From a virus, in IMG/VR virus record IMGVR_UViG_3300050821_002957, positions 79,192 to 143,191 of that record: a stretch of 64,000 nucleotides of DNA; one strand, 5' to 3'. Below the pieces are notes generated by a model that was not told where the DNA came from, did not search any database, and saw nothing but the letters and a program-made list of their open reading frames with translations. Positions 11,901-21,102 of the stretch are shown piece after piece (within the stretch, counting starts at the first letter, position 1; each line of letters opens with the position of its first letter). A program made the position numbers and the translations under genes.

Positions 11901-12728
11901 CTGAGTAATGCTGTTCAAAAGACGAACAAGCTCGATGAAATTTGGATTTGTCGGTGGATTTAATGTCACCGAAGCAGAAACCGGAACGCTGGTCAAAATC
12001 AAATCAATTTTGTAACGATCCGCACCAGGAGCCGCATAATTTGGGCTACCGGCTGCATTGTCCAAAAGAGAAGAATCTGATGCCGATGTCACAATACTTT
12101 CGACAATCTGCAAACCTACTGCACAAGAAACAAGATTGCTGTACTTGTTCAAAAGAATATACTGTGCTTCTACACGAACAAAATAGCCCCAAATGTAGTA
12201 GACACCTTCGTCAATTTGAGCCGAAATACAAAGACCTGTTCCGTTCGATGCCTGAACTGTTGCCAATCCAGTGGTCGATCCTTGCAATGTCAAAACTTCG
12301 CCGCCAGCAAACACTTCTGCGCCTGCTATTCCAGTATTCAAATACTTTACAAATAGCGTCGGATTGTCTGAGTTGACAGCCGGGGTAGAATATACAACTT
12401 GTGCCTGAAGACCTGTGGTTTGTCCGACGACGATTTGACCTGTAAAAAGTGCAAGATTGACTGGAATCGGGTTTGGCCCAAGCATTCCATAAGTCGGATT
12501 CAAAATGACATAAGCAGTCATTGGATCAGTTGCAATCTGACCAGGGAGAACCATTGATCCATTTTGATAGATGGAATCGCCAAGATTTTTGATTTGTTGC
12601 TGGAGGATACTTTGTTCGGTCGTAAGTTCACGAGCCTGGACAGCTACCGCAGGCTTGAACAGCACTCGGTAGAAATGCTTCGTATCGCTGAAGTCATCAT
12701 TGTACGGCGAAATATTGAAATTTAACAT
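5943..12728 (-). CDS. giant virion structural protein (tail fibre/adhesin-like, 2261 aa)
   Basis: Uninterrupted 6.8 kb ORF that is Thr/Ser/Asn/Gly-rich with many beta-rich segments. It lies in a conserved N-terminal YNDDFSD...AVQARELT context within the baseplate/fibre gene order. Confidence 0.7.
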   Translation of the reverse strand: MLNFNISPYNDDFSDTKHFYRVLFKPAVAVQARELTTEQSILQQQIKNLGDSIYQNGSMVLPGQIATDPMTAYVILNPTYGMLGPNPIPVNLALFTGQIVVGQTTGLQAQVVYSTPAVNSDNPTLFVKYLNTGIAGAEVFAGGEVLTLQGSTTGLATVQASNGTGLCISAQIDEGVYYIWGYFVRVEAQYILLNKYSNLVSCAVGLQIVESIVTSASDSSLLDNAAGSPNYAAPGADRYKIDLILTSVPVSASVTLNPPTNPNFIELVRLLNSITQTQVKTDTYSVIAQELAGYVADSAGDFAVRNFQINVREHLDTSFVTEGQVAGATQAVGSNPGPAAPASIMLATSASAVDGAYVNNQIYLSNGTGAGQNFTITGYTGATKIAVIDNPFAANKVPDTTTTYIVSDPTMVNNGVYPPPPFGIGDITKLAVGMESGRAYVDGYRIDTLSTQFVTVAKARTTAQAVSAQVAAPIGNYLLVKNISNFPLPDSSVPKNFLTINFSNRKSNGSFDLATNGLGTARIHAMEYYSGLNAGDPSALFKLFIFDINLNPGVNIDNVRSFYLVNDSSHNNNNGLACWGDVCTMFDATNINGTGLVPGATITGPSGIGTEILDEYDAINNIIITEPNNTNALQILSSGQFTAPSSTTGTLANRRQIFNSSLALLVYQMPIQLVSTIRASDTTCRTNYYVRQTFIATSNSSGQYIFNTSPTATFAPYNNIDYMAVIVACSNSGQIGKIIDLDQYINSGNFGGSPAGTQLTFTIFNAGILGGITGTTVKLMATLYKTGAQEKLKALTTATIAFPNPTPIMSLSKGDVYSLLNVYDSGDPGVDATTSDMDISGRYVLDGGQRDYYYDIGRIILSPGAPNPGGRVLISFKYFAHSGSGDYFSVDSYTNQVSYNNIPVYPASNGSFMVLRDCMDFRPRLEDDGLGFSGTGGSYSAPLQTSNNIIADFQYYLGRIDKIYVDRYGNFDDITGTPALAPLPPADPLDGMMLYTITLNPYTLSTTDLSWITTNNPSYTMQDIGKLEQRIANLEYYVSLNQLETSAANYTVTNTATGLDRFQNGFVVDNFQGMGVGDVFDPDFACSVDPGSGTLRPTFIQNSNNLDFYATGSSGYVVRDNICVLPYTQIPAITQGFATDTININPFAVFTYYGSVSLVPPTDTWYSTVQRPVINLTDNSAMDGYQYVNQWSGVTWGDWQTNWVGTPVSTTSSTVSTSSTPSSTAGSGSTNPQDVIANLIATPGSWTYTNNTANAGSSEGDEYSHTVIYINGSPYSTSPEWNGQNSVQVPYTVQGPGASTSSTTTTNTTVSTSQQISQTRTGIQTMVTANITQTVNNSVVNVSLTPYIRSRRIKVIGTHFKPSTTLYPFFDGTLVSAFCRPYLDPQITPNAPSTADWETITITWGGDYSPQDNIDEGVSEDPTDTDQTATLLVGALNDPLVTDATGSITLFFEIPCNTANEFRVGARVFRLTSSLTNAATASTYGDATYNASGIVDQNQETITSIATPQIQTQQVSQSQIVTQNLGSTTTTSQQTAVAQTSGSPEVVDLTLWVDPLAQSFLVKSAGGLFLTAVDVYFQSADPSVPVTMQIRSMVNGYPSQDVVPYSQKTLYPNNPILSAINSSGVLDYPSPYTNAVINTSQDASVPTQFVFDTPIYLNDGTEYAIVLIANSIQYNVYTAVLGDTIIGSTNIVSTPPYLGSIFKSQNASTWVADPTQNMKFTCYQAQFDPTVDGEVYFTNSSVQPDTLGSLPLQTATGQNIVRVLHPNHGMPKGENVNSVVTLSNIPPGTYNGLTDVQLNGTFSIDNVTLDDYTITVAGTAASGTGRVGPEGIVATKNIQYDALDIIANTLTVSGTDIAWAFEGISGKSPDNNSYTSQEPYLQDPSWVPVPINTTNEFLTPRMVASDINEATSIVGASVYDRRSFKLQATMSTTTENLTPQIDLGRTSIILVNTRLDDPTFANRTIKALDAGATLTSTSGDYFVFNSQVIVQVIAVTGGPFVLNDTVTGQTSGAQGTVVAWDSVNLTLSNVTGNFIVSEAISGADSTPPGPAIGTVNNFQYVNTITNPSSVLDFSGFKPGYVMEIDGATSNPYPFSNPVLVLAVGPNSLTCNTGVSQPFVPATNQANVTLIQYNRYVAESGPDGCTTASRYITRQFNLANPANSLHILFAINRPPGSFVDCYYRVLPTNSTQQFDSILWTAIAVDDTVDQGFSSNPDEYKDYSFSANDIGSFTAFSVKLVMRGGNSSQPPTMQDFQGIALNS

Positions 12729-12771
12729 GGGTACTCAGTCGGTATTTAGGCTGCTTGAAAACGCCTGTCAA

Positions 12772-14328
12772 TCAGAACTGGATCAAAATTTTGGAATCCT
12801 CAATCTGATCACTTGCACGCTCTACTGGACGACGATTTTCAAGATAAAGAATTTTACCAGAATACGGTAAAATATCCGGCTTGATGATACTTGCAATCGT
12901 AAAGACACTAGTATTATCTGGCGGTGTAGTCCAAGTCGTGCTTACCGTTGCTGTACGACTGATGCCCACATAAGCTGAAATAAGTCTCGTTTGACCACTA
13001 CCTGTTCCTGCTGTAATCTTAATGGTCTGTCCGTTATAAAAACTATTGACACTCGATGCGCCAGCCGGAAACACAATGGTTGTTCCTGTGCCACTCGACG
13101 CTGTTGCTGCATAAGTCGAAAGAACACCTGTTGCATCTGCTCCAATAACCGTTTCGCCCGGTATAAAGGTTCCAAGACACTGAACCAGACGAAGAGTTTT
13201 TGCCGCAGGCCCATCAGGTACAACAGTAGTTGGGGTCCAATCAAGAACCACACCAGTCGCTCCACTAGTGCTGCCAGTCACAATTTCGTCAGGATTGAAA
13301 ATGGTTCCACTGACTGAACTAAAATTGAGTCGAACAGCCTGATCATAATCGGTAGCTGTTGCTGGATCGCCGCTGCCATCATTCAAAATTGGATTTGACA
13401 ACAAACCAAGTACACGATAGTCGTTCGATACCGTAAAGTTTCCGTTTTCGTCATAGATCAACTGAACGTCAACTAACACATTGAAACCACCAAGCTCAGT
13501 GACCGGATCTGATCCATGACCACCAAAAGGACTGATTGTTGCCGTCGCCGTCGCACCGTTGGAAGACACACCACCATTCGTAATCGCTACGTTTGCATAG
13601 GTGTAACCGGAACCTGTTGCCGTCATATTGATGCCTGTCACGTTGCCGCCTGCAATTGTTGCTGTGGCCGTTGCACCAGTTCCATCTCCAGTAATCGTGA
13701 TCGTCGGCACCTGAGTGTACGATGTGCCTGCTGTTACGATATTGATTCGATCAACTGTTCCGGGAACTGCTGCCGTCTGGACTTGCCATTGAGACGATCC
13801 ATCATTTGATGCCAAAGTTGAAACCGGAATCCAATTGGTCGTGACGAAACTTACTACATCGGCTGAGTTGACCGTGTACATGTACTTCCACTGATAGCCA
13901 TCTGCGCTCGTAACCACACTTGTCGAAGTTCCTGATGGTTGGACCGTCGAAGGCACTCCATTATTGTTGTTCAGACACTTATAAACCTGCAAATTGGTGT
14001 TGGTTACATAAAATGGCGGATTTGGAGAAGCTGGATCGAACAAATCGATGGTATTGTCGTATTGTGAATAAGTCGTGTTGACCACCCAGGTATTTCTTGG
14101 AATAGCCAAACTCACATTGTTTGCTGTGATGTTTTTAAGAGACAACATATTTCTATATGCTGTCGAAAGGTTTAACTCACAATCAATCGGTGACGGCGGC
14201 GAGTTATCATCAACCCACGGCAATGTGCCAGCGATAAAAAGGTACATGTACTCACCTGACGTGGCAAAGCTGTCTTCAAACTGTGAAGCGGCGTAAATTC
14301 GGCAATTGGTTGTGACTATAGCAGCCAT
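12772..14328 (-). CDS. baseplate/tail-fibre structural protein containing the ITGxGTGA...GYT domain
   Basis: 518 aa. It contains two copies of a ~55-aa domain (TITITGDGTGATATATIAGGNVTGINMTATGSGYTYANVAITNGG) that is also found in the secreted paralogues 25559-26182 and 26166-27038. Confidence 0.6.
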   Translation of the reverse strand: MAAIVTTNCRIYAASQFEDSFATSGEYMYLFIAGTLPWVDDNSPPSPIDCELNLSTAYRNMLSLKNITANNVSLAIPRNTWVVNTTYSQYDNTIDLFDPASPNPPFYVTNTNLQVYKCLNNNNGVPSTVQPSGTSTSVVTSADGYQWKYMYTVNSADVVSFVTTNWIPVSTLASNDGSSQWQVQTAAVPGTVDRINIVTAGTSYTQVPTITITGDGTGATATATIAGGNVTGINMTATGSGYTYANVAITNGGVSSNGATATATISPFGGHGSDPVTELGGFNVLVDVQLIYDENGNFTVSNDYRVLGLLSNPILNDGSGDPATATDYDQAVRLNFSSVSGTIFNPDEIVTGSTSGATGVVLDWTPTTVVPDGPAAKTLRLVQCLGTFIPGETVIGADATGVLSTYAATASSGTGTTIVFPAGASSVNSFYNGQTIKITAGTGSGQTRLISAYVGISRTATVSTTWTTPPDNTSVFTIASIIKPDILPYSGKILYLENRRPVERASDQIEDSKILIQF

Positions 14329-14355
14329 TTTTATTCTCCGTTCCTATTTAGTAAG

Positions 14356-17300
14356 CTAGGAAATGTGTGATACGCCTAAAATTGTCCGAGGCGTCGTGAT
14401 CTGAATTCTTGAAACTCCGAGTTGGATCTGCAAATCCGTCGTTCGGATATCTGCACTACCTGCAATGGTCTTCGGTCCAGTTGTCACCTGAAGACGAGCA
14501 ACACCGCTTTGTGTCTTGGCGGTTAAGATTGTGATTCTTGCTGTACCACTTTGTGTCTGAGTTGTTGCCGCAGTGATCAACGAGAGACCAATCATAGTTC
14601 TCTCATTACCAGCAATCTGAATACGAGCCTTACCCAACTGTGTCAAGAACTCTGTCTTGTAGATGTCGGCGCTGCCCATGATATTATGAGCGTTATTGGA
14701 AACTGTGATTCTTGTTACGCCGCTTTGAGTTTTGAGCGTCGTATTGCGGATTGCTGTATTTCCGATTTGTGTTCTATCTGTCGTATTGCGAAGGTTTGCC
14801 AATCCGGTAATGACATGAGGCGTTGTGATCTGAAGACGAGACAAACCAGTAAGGGTCTGTGTTGCTCCATGTTGAATGTTTGCTGCACCAATCTGAGTTT
14901 GAACTGTTGTAACTTGAAGACGAGTCAAACCAGTAATAGTGTGTAATTCAGCACCACGTTGAATACGAGCTACACCATTCTGAGTCTTGAGACGAGTAAG
15001 TTTGAGGTAAGCGCCACCAAGCTGAGTCTGTTGTGTTGTTCTTCTGATTGCAGCGGAACCCTGTTGTGTCTGGGAAACTGTTCCAGCATTGAGGTTAACG
15101 CCACGCTCATTGAACAATTCAACACTAAGCTGGTTATAAATGGTGTCTAGTTCATAATCAAACAAGGCACGATCATAAAAGAGCGCATAGGCCAAATATC
15201 CATCAAAATAGCCCATTGTCGTCGGACTTGCAGATACTTCGGTCTGACCAAATTTACTTGAACCAAAAGTCGAATTTTTAAACAATGCAGCATTCTGAGC
15301 CACCGGAACAAATTCTACCGAAGGCTGACCAAAATACCATCCATCTGAATTTGTAGTTGGATTGATCGGATAGGTAGAAAATGTCGCCGAAATACTATCT
15401 GTCGTCTGAAGAGTCTGAACCGTTTCGACGTTACCAGTGATAATCCCGTCATTGAAGCGCAAAGCCGCCATGAAGAAGTTTCCACTTCCGATGGATGCTG
15501 GTGGGAAATTAACGGTTTCTTCTACGCCGTCATATCGTGCTCGGAAAGAGACTGCGCCGCCTGTTCTTAGATCGATTGCAAATCCGTTATTACCGGAATC
15601 TGGAATCATGCCAACCAAAGTGGTGTTTTGGCTGACATCATTAGCACTGGCAATGACTACGACAGTGCATTCTTTCAAATTGACAGGAACACCAGTTGCA
15701 TTTACAATTTCGCTGTTGGTCGCATTAAGATGGACACCCTGACTTACAAAGGTTCCATCGTTAGACTCAGACAGAATACTTGTACCTAAAGTGCCATCAT
15801 ACGGCTCAGTACCGGAATAATTTGGGCTAACATTATAGACGATTTGCGGATTGATACCTTCCAAAAACGAATAGATGACTTGATTTCCAACGGCTGGAAT
15901 GGATTGTTGGTTATTAGTGATCAACAACGAACTGTCTATACAAATGTTCGAGCGAATGCTACGTGGGTCAGTGAGCACGTCGCCAATCACAAGATTTGCG
16001 AACATACTTAACTGTGTATTACCATAACCACCAAGACTTCCGGCCCAGTAATTTTGATTTGGCGATGGGTAAGTCTCGTTGAATCCTTCGTAAGGAGGGA
16101 ATCCTATGAAACGAAATTGAGAAAGCGTACCAAGATTCGGACCAAGAACACCAACTTCAGTGAGTGAGTTACCATTTGTGATCACCACGTAGGCGTCTGC
16201 ATTGATCTTCGTGCGGCGTTCTGGGAAATTGATGATCGAGCCAATGACTACGTTCTGAAAATTACTGATTTGCGTATTACCAGGACCATTAGTGCTCCAG
16301 TAGTTTTGGTTCGGAAATGGATAAATCCGATTGAACGTATAGTTTGGTGGGAATGCATAGAACTTCATTGCATCCAAATCTTTGTTTCGAGCACCTACCA
16401 CACAAGGAGTCAGAGTGTTGAATTGCAGCGTGAACGTATTGTCTACTTCAAGGGATAGATCAAAAAATTTAACTCCAATAAGAAGAGTAAAGACACGAAC
16501 AAGCTCCAAAAAATTGGTTTCTGGCTCATTGAACGAAACAACGGTTCCGAACATTTTAAGCCCAGCCGGATGCAACAACGTTTTTACGATGTCACGGTAC
16601 TTGTCGATAGTCTCACCAACTCGCAAGTCATATGAAAAATCTTGCCAGTAAAACGAATCTTGAATGATCTTATTTGAGCTTGCAAAGCTGTCCGTTGTGG
16701 TCGGTGCATCTCCAATTCCACCTGCTTTGCCCGGAAGCCACATTCCTGCGGTATTAGCAGTAATTCCCAACATCGGAGGTAAGACTGCGCCGGAACCTTC
16801 TGCTGTATGAATGGTCACCGTTGGATTGGTCAAGAAACCCAAACCAAAATTTGTAATTGCAATCGATTGAATTCCGCCCTTTACGTGAGTGATCGAATAT
16901 TCAGTAGTGCCATCCGGGATTACCGTCCAGGCCGTAGCGACCGTAGCTACCTTAGTTGTGCCATTGTACGAGACGATTGTATTGCGTTGGCCTTGACCTG
17001 TGCCGCCAATCAAATCGATTTCATCGCCTGCAAAAAAATTGTCTTGAGTAGGTGAATTGGCCGACAACAAAATTTGTGTTGCGTTTAAAAGATCACCACT
17101 GGAAAAATCTGAGTGTACATCCGAAAAATAATAAAGACCAGGGATACAAACACCATCCGTCTGTGGATCGGGATTTGTGTTCACAGTATCATCTGGACCA
17201 AAATATGGTTCCAAATAAAATGTCGTCGGAGGAGGCTGGCAACCACCGACATAGATCGTCTGAAAAATTGACGTAATGACAGCCGTCGCCGGGGCCAGTT

Positions 17301-18387
17301 CTCCACCACCACTGATCGTGATAGTTTCGCCTACCTGATAGTTTTCCCCTGGCGTGTTAATTAGAAGCTGCTGGAGCAATTGATAAGCCTGCTCCCACTG
17401 AACGTCCGTCGATGGCTCTTCAAGGTCTTGTACGTCGCCTAAATCGCTTTGCGGGGGTGGTGCGACAGGATAGGAAATCTTGACTTGTTCTGGAAGATTT
17501 GTATTTGGATCGATCTGAAATGTGCCATTGACGCTCGAAAGGGTCAATTCAGTAATCGTTCCCCCAGCGACATATTGTTGTGTTGCAGATTCGACACTTG
17601 CAGTTGCGCCCGAATAGACACCAACCAATTGACGATTTACGTATCCGAATGTATCCGTCGTTGTCGTGGTCTTCATGATGGTCTGAACGTACCAAACTCC
17701 ATCAGAAGCCCGGAACAAGTCAACCTTTGGATAGTAAAACTCCATCTCCTGGTTGAAAAGAATACGGAACAAGAAACGGAAAGAATTTTCAGTGCCTCGT
17801 GCTTGATAAAAATCTTTAATGTGTTTCAGGATGTTTCGTTTGTCAGCCAGGATGTTACCTGGAATCTCGTACATGAAATCATCACGGAAGTAGTCGATAA
17901 ACCGATCAATTGTGGTGTCAATGTCTCGGTACTGAAGCAAAGTTCGAGGATAGAGAGCATCACGAATCGAAATCCTGGTGTTCGGCAACGGAATAAACGA
18001 AGAGTCCCAGGCATCGACCGTCGCAATCATAGTGACAGGATCGTATGCAGTAATTTTTCTGGTGTAACCTTTCGTCGGGCCGTTGGTACAGACTACATGC
18101 ATTCCTACATAAGCGTCGATTTTCGTAGAAGGTGCATTCAAAGCGATATTTGATGAAACCTCTAGCGGAATAGGATTCAAAGTTACAGACGTAAGCGTGG
18201 CATCAATAATTTTGCAGGCGTATGCTTCTTCACCATTCTTTTCCAACCATTCATAATATGCTTTCAAAAACGCAATGAACGTAGGATCAGCATCACGAAC
18301 AAAGTCAGGAAGCTGTGTCTCGATGATTTGTGAGATCGTTCTTTGCGGATTAGGAAGACTCAGTGGGAGCGAAGGAATTGTTGGCAT
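14356..18387 (-). CDS. large baseplate/fibre protein (1343 aa) with internal ~60-aa duplication and C-terminal TQxGxARIQ repeats
   Basis: Tandem duplicated segments (PNQNYWSTNGPGNTQISNFQNVVIG and PNQNYWAGSLGGYGNTQLSMFANLVIG). The C-terminal ~230 aa consist of about 18 repeats of type TQ.G.ARIQ..T. Confidence 0.65.
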   Translation of the reverse strand: MPTIPSLPLSLPNPQRTISQIIETQLPDFVRDADPTFIAFLKAYYEWLEKNGEEAYACKIIDATLTSVTLNPIPLEVSSNIALNAPSTKIDAYVGMHVVCTNGPTKGYTRKITAYDPVTMIATVDAWDSSFIPLPNTRISIRDALYPRTLLQYRDIDTTIDRFIDYFRDDFMYEIPGNILADKRNILKHIKDFYQARGTENSFRFLFRILFNQEMEFYYPKVDLFRASDGVWYVQTIMKTTTTTDTFGYVNRQLVGVYSGATASVESATQQYVAGGTITELTLSSVNGTFQIDPNTNLPEQVKISYPVAPPPQSDLGDVQDLEEPSTDVQWEQAYQLLQQLLINTPGENYQVGETITISGGGELAPATAVITSIFQTIYVGGCQPPPTTFYLEPYFGPDDTVNTNPDPQTDGVCIPGLYYFSDVHSDFSSGDLLNATQILLSANSPTQDNFFAGDEIDLIGGTGQGQRNTIVSYNGTTKVATVATAWTVIPDGTTEYSITHVKGGIQSIAITNFGLGFLTNPTVTIHTAEGSGAVLPPMLGITANTAGMWLPGKAGGIGDAPTTTDSFASSNKIIQDSFYWQDFSYDLRVGETIDKYRDIVKTLLHPAGLKMFGTVVSFNEPETNFLELVRVFTLLIGVKFFDLSLEVDNTFTLQFNTLTPCVVGARNKDLDAMKFYAFPPNYTFNRIYPFPNQNYWSTNGPGNTQISNFQNVVIGSIINFPERRTKINADAYVVITNGNSLTEVGVLGPNLGTLSQFRFIGFPPYEGFNETYPSPNQNYWAGSLGGYGNTQLSMFANLVIGDVLTDPRSIRSNICIDSSLLITNNQQSIPAVGNQVIYSFLEGINPQIVYNVSPNYSGTEPYDGTLGTSILSESNDGTFVSQGVHLNATNSEIVNATGVPVNLKECTVVVIASANDVSQNTTLVGMIPDSGNNGFAIDLRTGGAVSFRARYDGVEETVNFPPASIGSGNFFMAALRFNDGIITGNVETVQTLQTTDSISATFSTYPINPTTNSDGWYFGQPSVEFVPVAQNAALFKNSTFGSSKFGQTEVSASPTTMGYFDGYLAYALFYDRALFDYELDTIYNQLSVELFNERGVNLNAGTVSQTQQGSAAIRRTTQQTQLGGAYLKLTRLKTQNGVARIQRGAELHTITGLTRLQVTTVQTQIGAANIQHGATQTLTGLSRLQITTPHVITGLANLRNTTDRTQIGNTAIRNTTLKTQSGVTRITVSNNAHNIMGSADIYKTEFLTQLGKARIQIAGNERTMIGLSLITAATTQTQSGTARITILTAKTQSGVARLQVTTGPKTIAGSADIRTTDLQIQLGVSRIQITTPRTILGVSHIS

Positions 18388-18395
18388 TGCTTACC

Positions 18396-20219
18396 TTACA
18401 AAACAGTGGTCGTCGGGACCGGAACAGCTACGACCGCAACATCTGTCGGCTGAATGAAGAGAATATTGTTGAGGCTTGGTGACACATCATTCAGTTGTGG
18501 AGTCATGATCAAATTAATGTTTCCATTTGCGTTCGCCTGATACGGCATGAACGAAGTCAAATTTAGAACTCCATTCGTATAATCGACAGTCCCCACTTTT
18601 CTGACCGAAGTCGTCGCAATACCAATTCCTTGCTGAAACAAAAGTAAATTACCATTTCTGTCGTCATTGATATAGTATGTGTTTCCATTTTGATACGGAA
18701 CCAAAAGCAATGGATCTTGAACGACAACGAATGTACTTGAAGTCACCGATCCCGGCAGAATTGCATTGTAAGTTTGGAACGTATAGTTCGTCGCAACGTT
18801 CAATACTGGCTGAAACTGTTTGTACATTTGAATCGAAGTCTGGTTATTGGTAATGCTCGGATCGCTGTTGTCGATTGCCGCCAGGAGCTTCGAGTAACGA
18901 AATTCCAAATTGAACTTATCCAGATCAGAGGTTGCATAGTTTACGATTGCATTGTACGCCCCGGTCTGAATGTCACCATCGGTCTTAAAAGTGTTCGCTG
19001 GGTTATACTTGACCGAACAATTTACGATAATGAACGTATAGTCAGGGTCAACAAACTCAGGAATTACGGAAACTATGTTGTATTGTCTGATGATATTATT
19101 GACGACCAAAGTCTTTGCTGCTTCAGTGATGACAAAACCATCTACTGGTTTGATCGAAATGAAAACTTTTCCATATTGTGGCGGAACTGCATCCTCGCCG
19201 CCCCACACCGTGCATGAGTCAGTATTTGTATATTGTTGAGTGATCGTCAGAATATAGTCAGACACCGTAACTGCTCGACCCTGCGCCTGATAGTTCTTGG
19301 GAGCCGTAAATCGAATTTCATCGGTTGTCTCGGGATCTAATCCGCCAGCCGCAGGAATAAGCGTCGTAACTGTCGTGAGATTTTGTGGGTAACCTGCCAA
19401 TGGTGCGGTCGGATAGAACGTCGTAGCACTATTTGCAACAGAACCATCTGACAAAATGTAATCGATGATGATAATGTTGCCGTCAACTAGAGCTTGACCA
19501 ATGACACCATCGCCAAAGACAAGTTCAAACTGCTGATTCTCAACTTCTTGTAAAAAGTAAGCCGTTGTTGTGCTGGTCAGCGTGATTAAGTCAGTCGCCA
19601 GAACAAAGGTCGTAAGCGTCGTGTCCGTCGTAGAATTTTGAACACGAACCGAAAGCGTAGAAGTATCGATACTCGGGTTCGGTAGAATAAATCTTTGGTT
19701 TGGAATCGAATTGTCTACCGTGATTCTGAACGTATAAGCCAATCCTTCGATCAACGTAATATTTGGAAAATAATACTTGCCGCTGGAAAGTGTCGCTCCA
19801 TAGGTCGCCGCCGCCACAAAATTGTAAGTCGTTCCGTCCACGTTTGCAGAAAATGGTGTGTTTTGCTCGATCACTGCGACCGGAGCCGAATTATTTGAAG
19901 TGATTGTTACACTGATGTTCGCCTGGGCGCTGGTGACCGAACGTGGTGTATAGTTCAACATCTTCGCCAATGAGACAACCGAAGAGCGCAAATTGGCCGA
20001 ATCCAAGAACATTTCATTACCAATCATGTTCATGTAAAAGCCAAAGTAATGTGTATTGTACGTCAGGATGTCAAGAAGTACGGCAAGGCCAGATCCTTCA
20101 AAATCATAATCTTTGAAGACTGCCTGACTACGAAGGTAATCTCGCAGCGACATCTTGATCGTGTCAAAATCAAGGTATCCAATATTCAGCTTTGAGGAAG
20201 TCGCAGGTGCATTAGGCAT
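18396..20219 (-). CDS. baseplate wedge protein (gp6/J-like)
   Basis: 607 aa directly downstream of the gp25-like gene. The N-terminal region resembles the Baseplate_J family. Position in the W-J-fibre order supports the call. Confidence 0.5.
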   Translation of the reverse strand: MPNAPATSSKLNIGYLDFDTIKMSLRDYLRSQAVFKDYDFEGSGLAVLLDILTYNTHYFGFYMNMIGNEMFLDSANLRSSVVSLAKMLNYTPRSVTSAQANISVTITSNNSAPVAVIEQNTPFSANVDGTTYNFVAAATYGATLSSGKYYFPNITLIEGLAYTFRITVDNSIPNQRFILPNPSIDTSTLSVRVQNSTTDTTLTTFVLATDLITLTSTTTAYFLQEVENQQFELVFGDGVIGQALVDGNIIIIDYILSDGSVANSATTFYPTAPLAGYPQNLTTVTTLIPAAGGLDPETTDEIRFTAPKNYQAQGRAVTVSDYILTITQQYTNTDSCTVWGGEDAVPPQYGKVFISIKPVDGFVITEAAKTLVVNNIIRQYNIVSVIPEFVDPDYTFIIVNCSVKYNPANTFKTDGDIQTGAYNAIVNYATSDLDKFNLEFRYSKLLAAIDNSDPSITNNQTSIQMYKQFQPVLNVATNYTFQTYNAILPGSVTSSTFVVVQDPLLLVPYQNGNTYYINDDRNGNLLLFQQGIGIATTSVRKVGTVDYTNGVLNLTSFMPYQANANGNINLIMTPQLNDVSPSLNNILFIQPTDVAVVAVPVPTTTVL

Positions 20220-20220
20220 G

Positions 20221-20634
20221 TTATCTCAATCTCTCAAGGAAAAAATCTACGGTCTGTAAGTCTCGAACATTCAACACATAAAATGTAATCGTTGCGTTGT
20301 ATCCGTTGTTGTCCGGGTCCGCAACTACCGCAACCGTTTGCAGTTGGACTCGCTTCTCAAAATTTGTGATCACATTTTGTATTGAAGTTTTAATGCCCAA
20401 TGCCGTGATCGGACTGATGTTTTCAAACAAAAGTGCTGTCGCATTGCAGCCGATCTCTGGATGAAACGGGCGCTCATAGTTTTTTGTCAAAACTAGATTC
20501 ACCACGGCTTGCTTCACAGCATCGGCATCGTACAGAATACCGATATCTTTTCGCACTGGATTGGCGATAAAGGAAAGGTTTAGATCAGAGTAACGATTGG
20601 TGATAGTCTGCGGCACAAGACTATTTAGTGCCAC
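20221..20634 (-). CDS. baseplate wedge protein gp25/W-like
   Basis: 137 aa with the typical gp25/GPW length and motifs (DAVKQAVVNLVLTKNYERPFHPEIGCN...LLFE). Confidence 0.6.
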   Translation of the reverse strand: MALNSLVPQTITNRYSDLNLSFIANPVRKDIGILYDADAVKQAVVNLVLTKNYERPFHPEIGCNATALLFENISPITALGIKTSIQNVITNFEKRVQLQTVAVVADPDNNGYNATITFYVLNVRDLQTVDFFLERLR

Positions 20635-20649
20635 TGACTTGCGAGGATA

Positions 20650-21102
20650 TTAAGGCTTGTACTGTTCCAAAATGTTAGGAAGCCAGAACATGTTGTGTCT
20701 GTCCCGGAGTGGTAGCCATTTGTTCACTTTGTCGGTGGTGTTGTGATTACCTACATCCAATAGCGCCATTTTTTCAATACCAACATCAAGAAGGGCCACG
20801 GCGAGCACACTTACAGGAACGTCGTTTGGATTTGCGTACTTTTCTTCAAACGGAGTTGCCATCAACCGTCGAAAGTATATGCCGATCTTACCAGAATAAA
20901 GATCCTGATCGAACTTTAGACATTCCATTAGCAATTTGTACGGTGGGGAATTACGTGCGGCCAGAATAAAATTTCTAGTTCCGGCAACCACTTCAATCTC
21001 GACCGCAAACTGAACTGTAGTAAGCTCTTTGATCGCTGCTCTCAGCTTCTCGTCGTACTCATCGGTGGGTAACATGATGTACCAGGGCAACGATGAACCC
21101 AA
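20650..21102 (-). CDS. hypothetical baseplate-module protein
   Basis: 150-aa ORF between the spike and gp25-like genes. Confidence 0.4.
   Translation of the reverse strand: MGSSLPWYIMLPTDEYDEKLRAAIKELTTVQFAVEIEVVAGTRNFILAARNSPPYKLLMECLKFDQDLYSGKIGIYFRRLMATPFEEKYANPNDVPVSVLAVALLDVGIEKMALLDVGNHNTTDKVNKWLPLRDRHNMFWLPNILEQYKP

Noticed and set aside
8090-13809. Numerous 60-150-aa ORFs on both strands inside the giant structural genes
   Set aside because: They are alternative-frame or antisense shadows of the 2261-aa and 518-aa genes. Their compositions are Arg/Cys/His-rich, as expected for such frames.
17449-18153. 234-aa plus-strand ORF inside the 1343-aa structural gene
   Set aside because: It is embedded antisense in a long, clearly coding minus-strand gene, so it is a shadow ORF.
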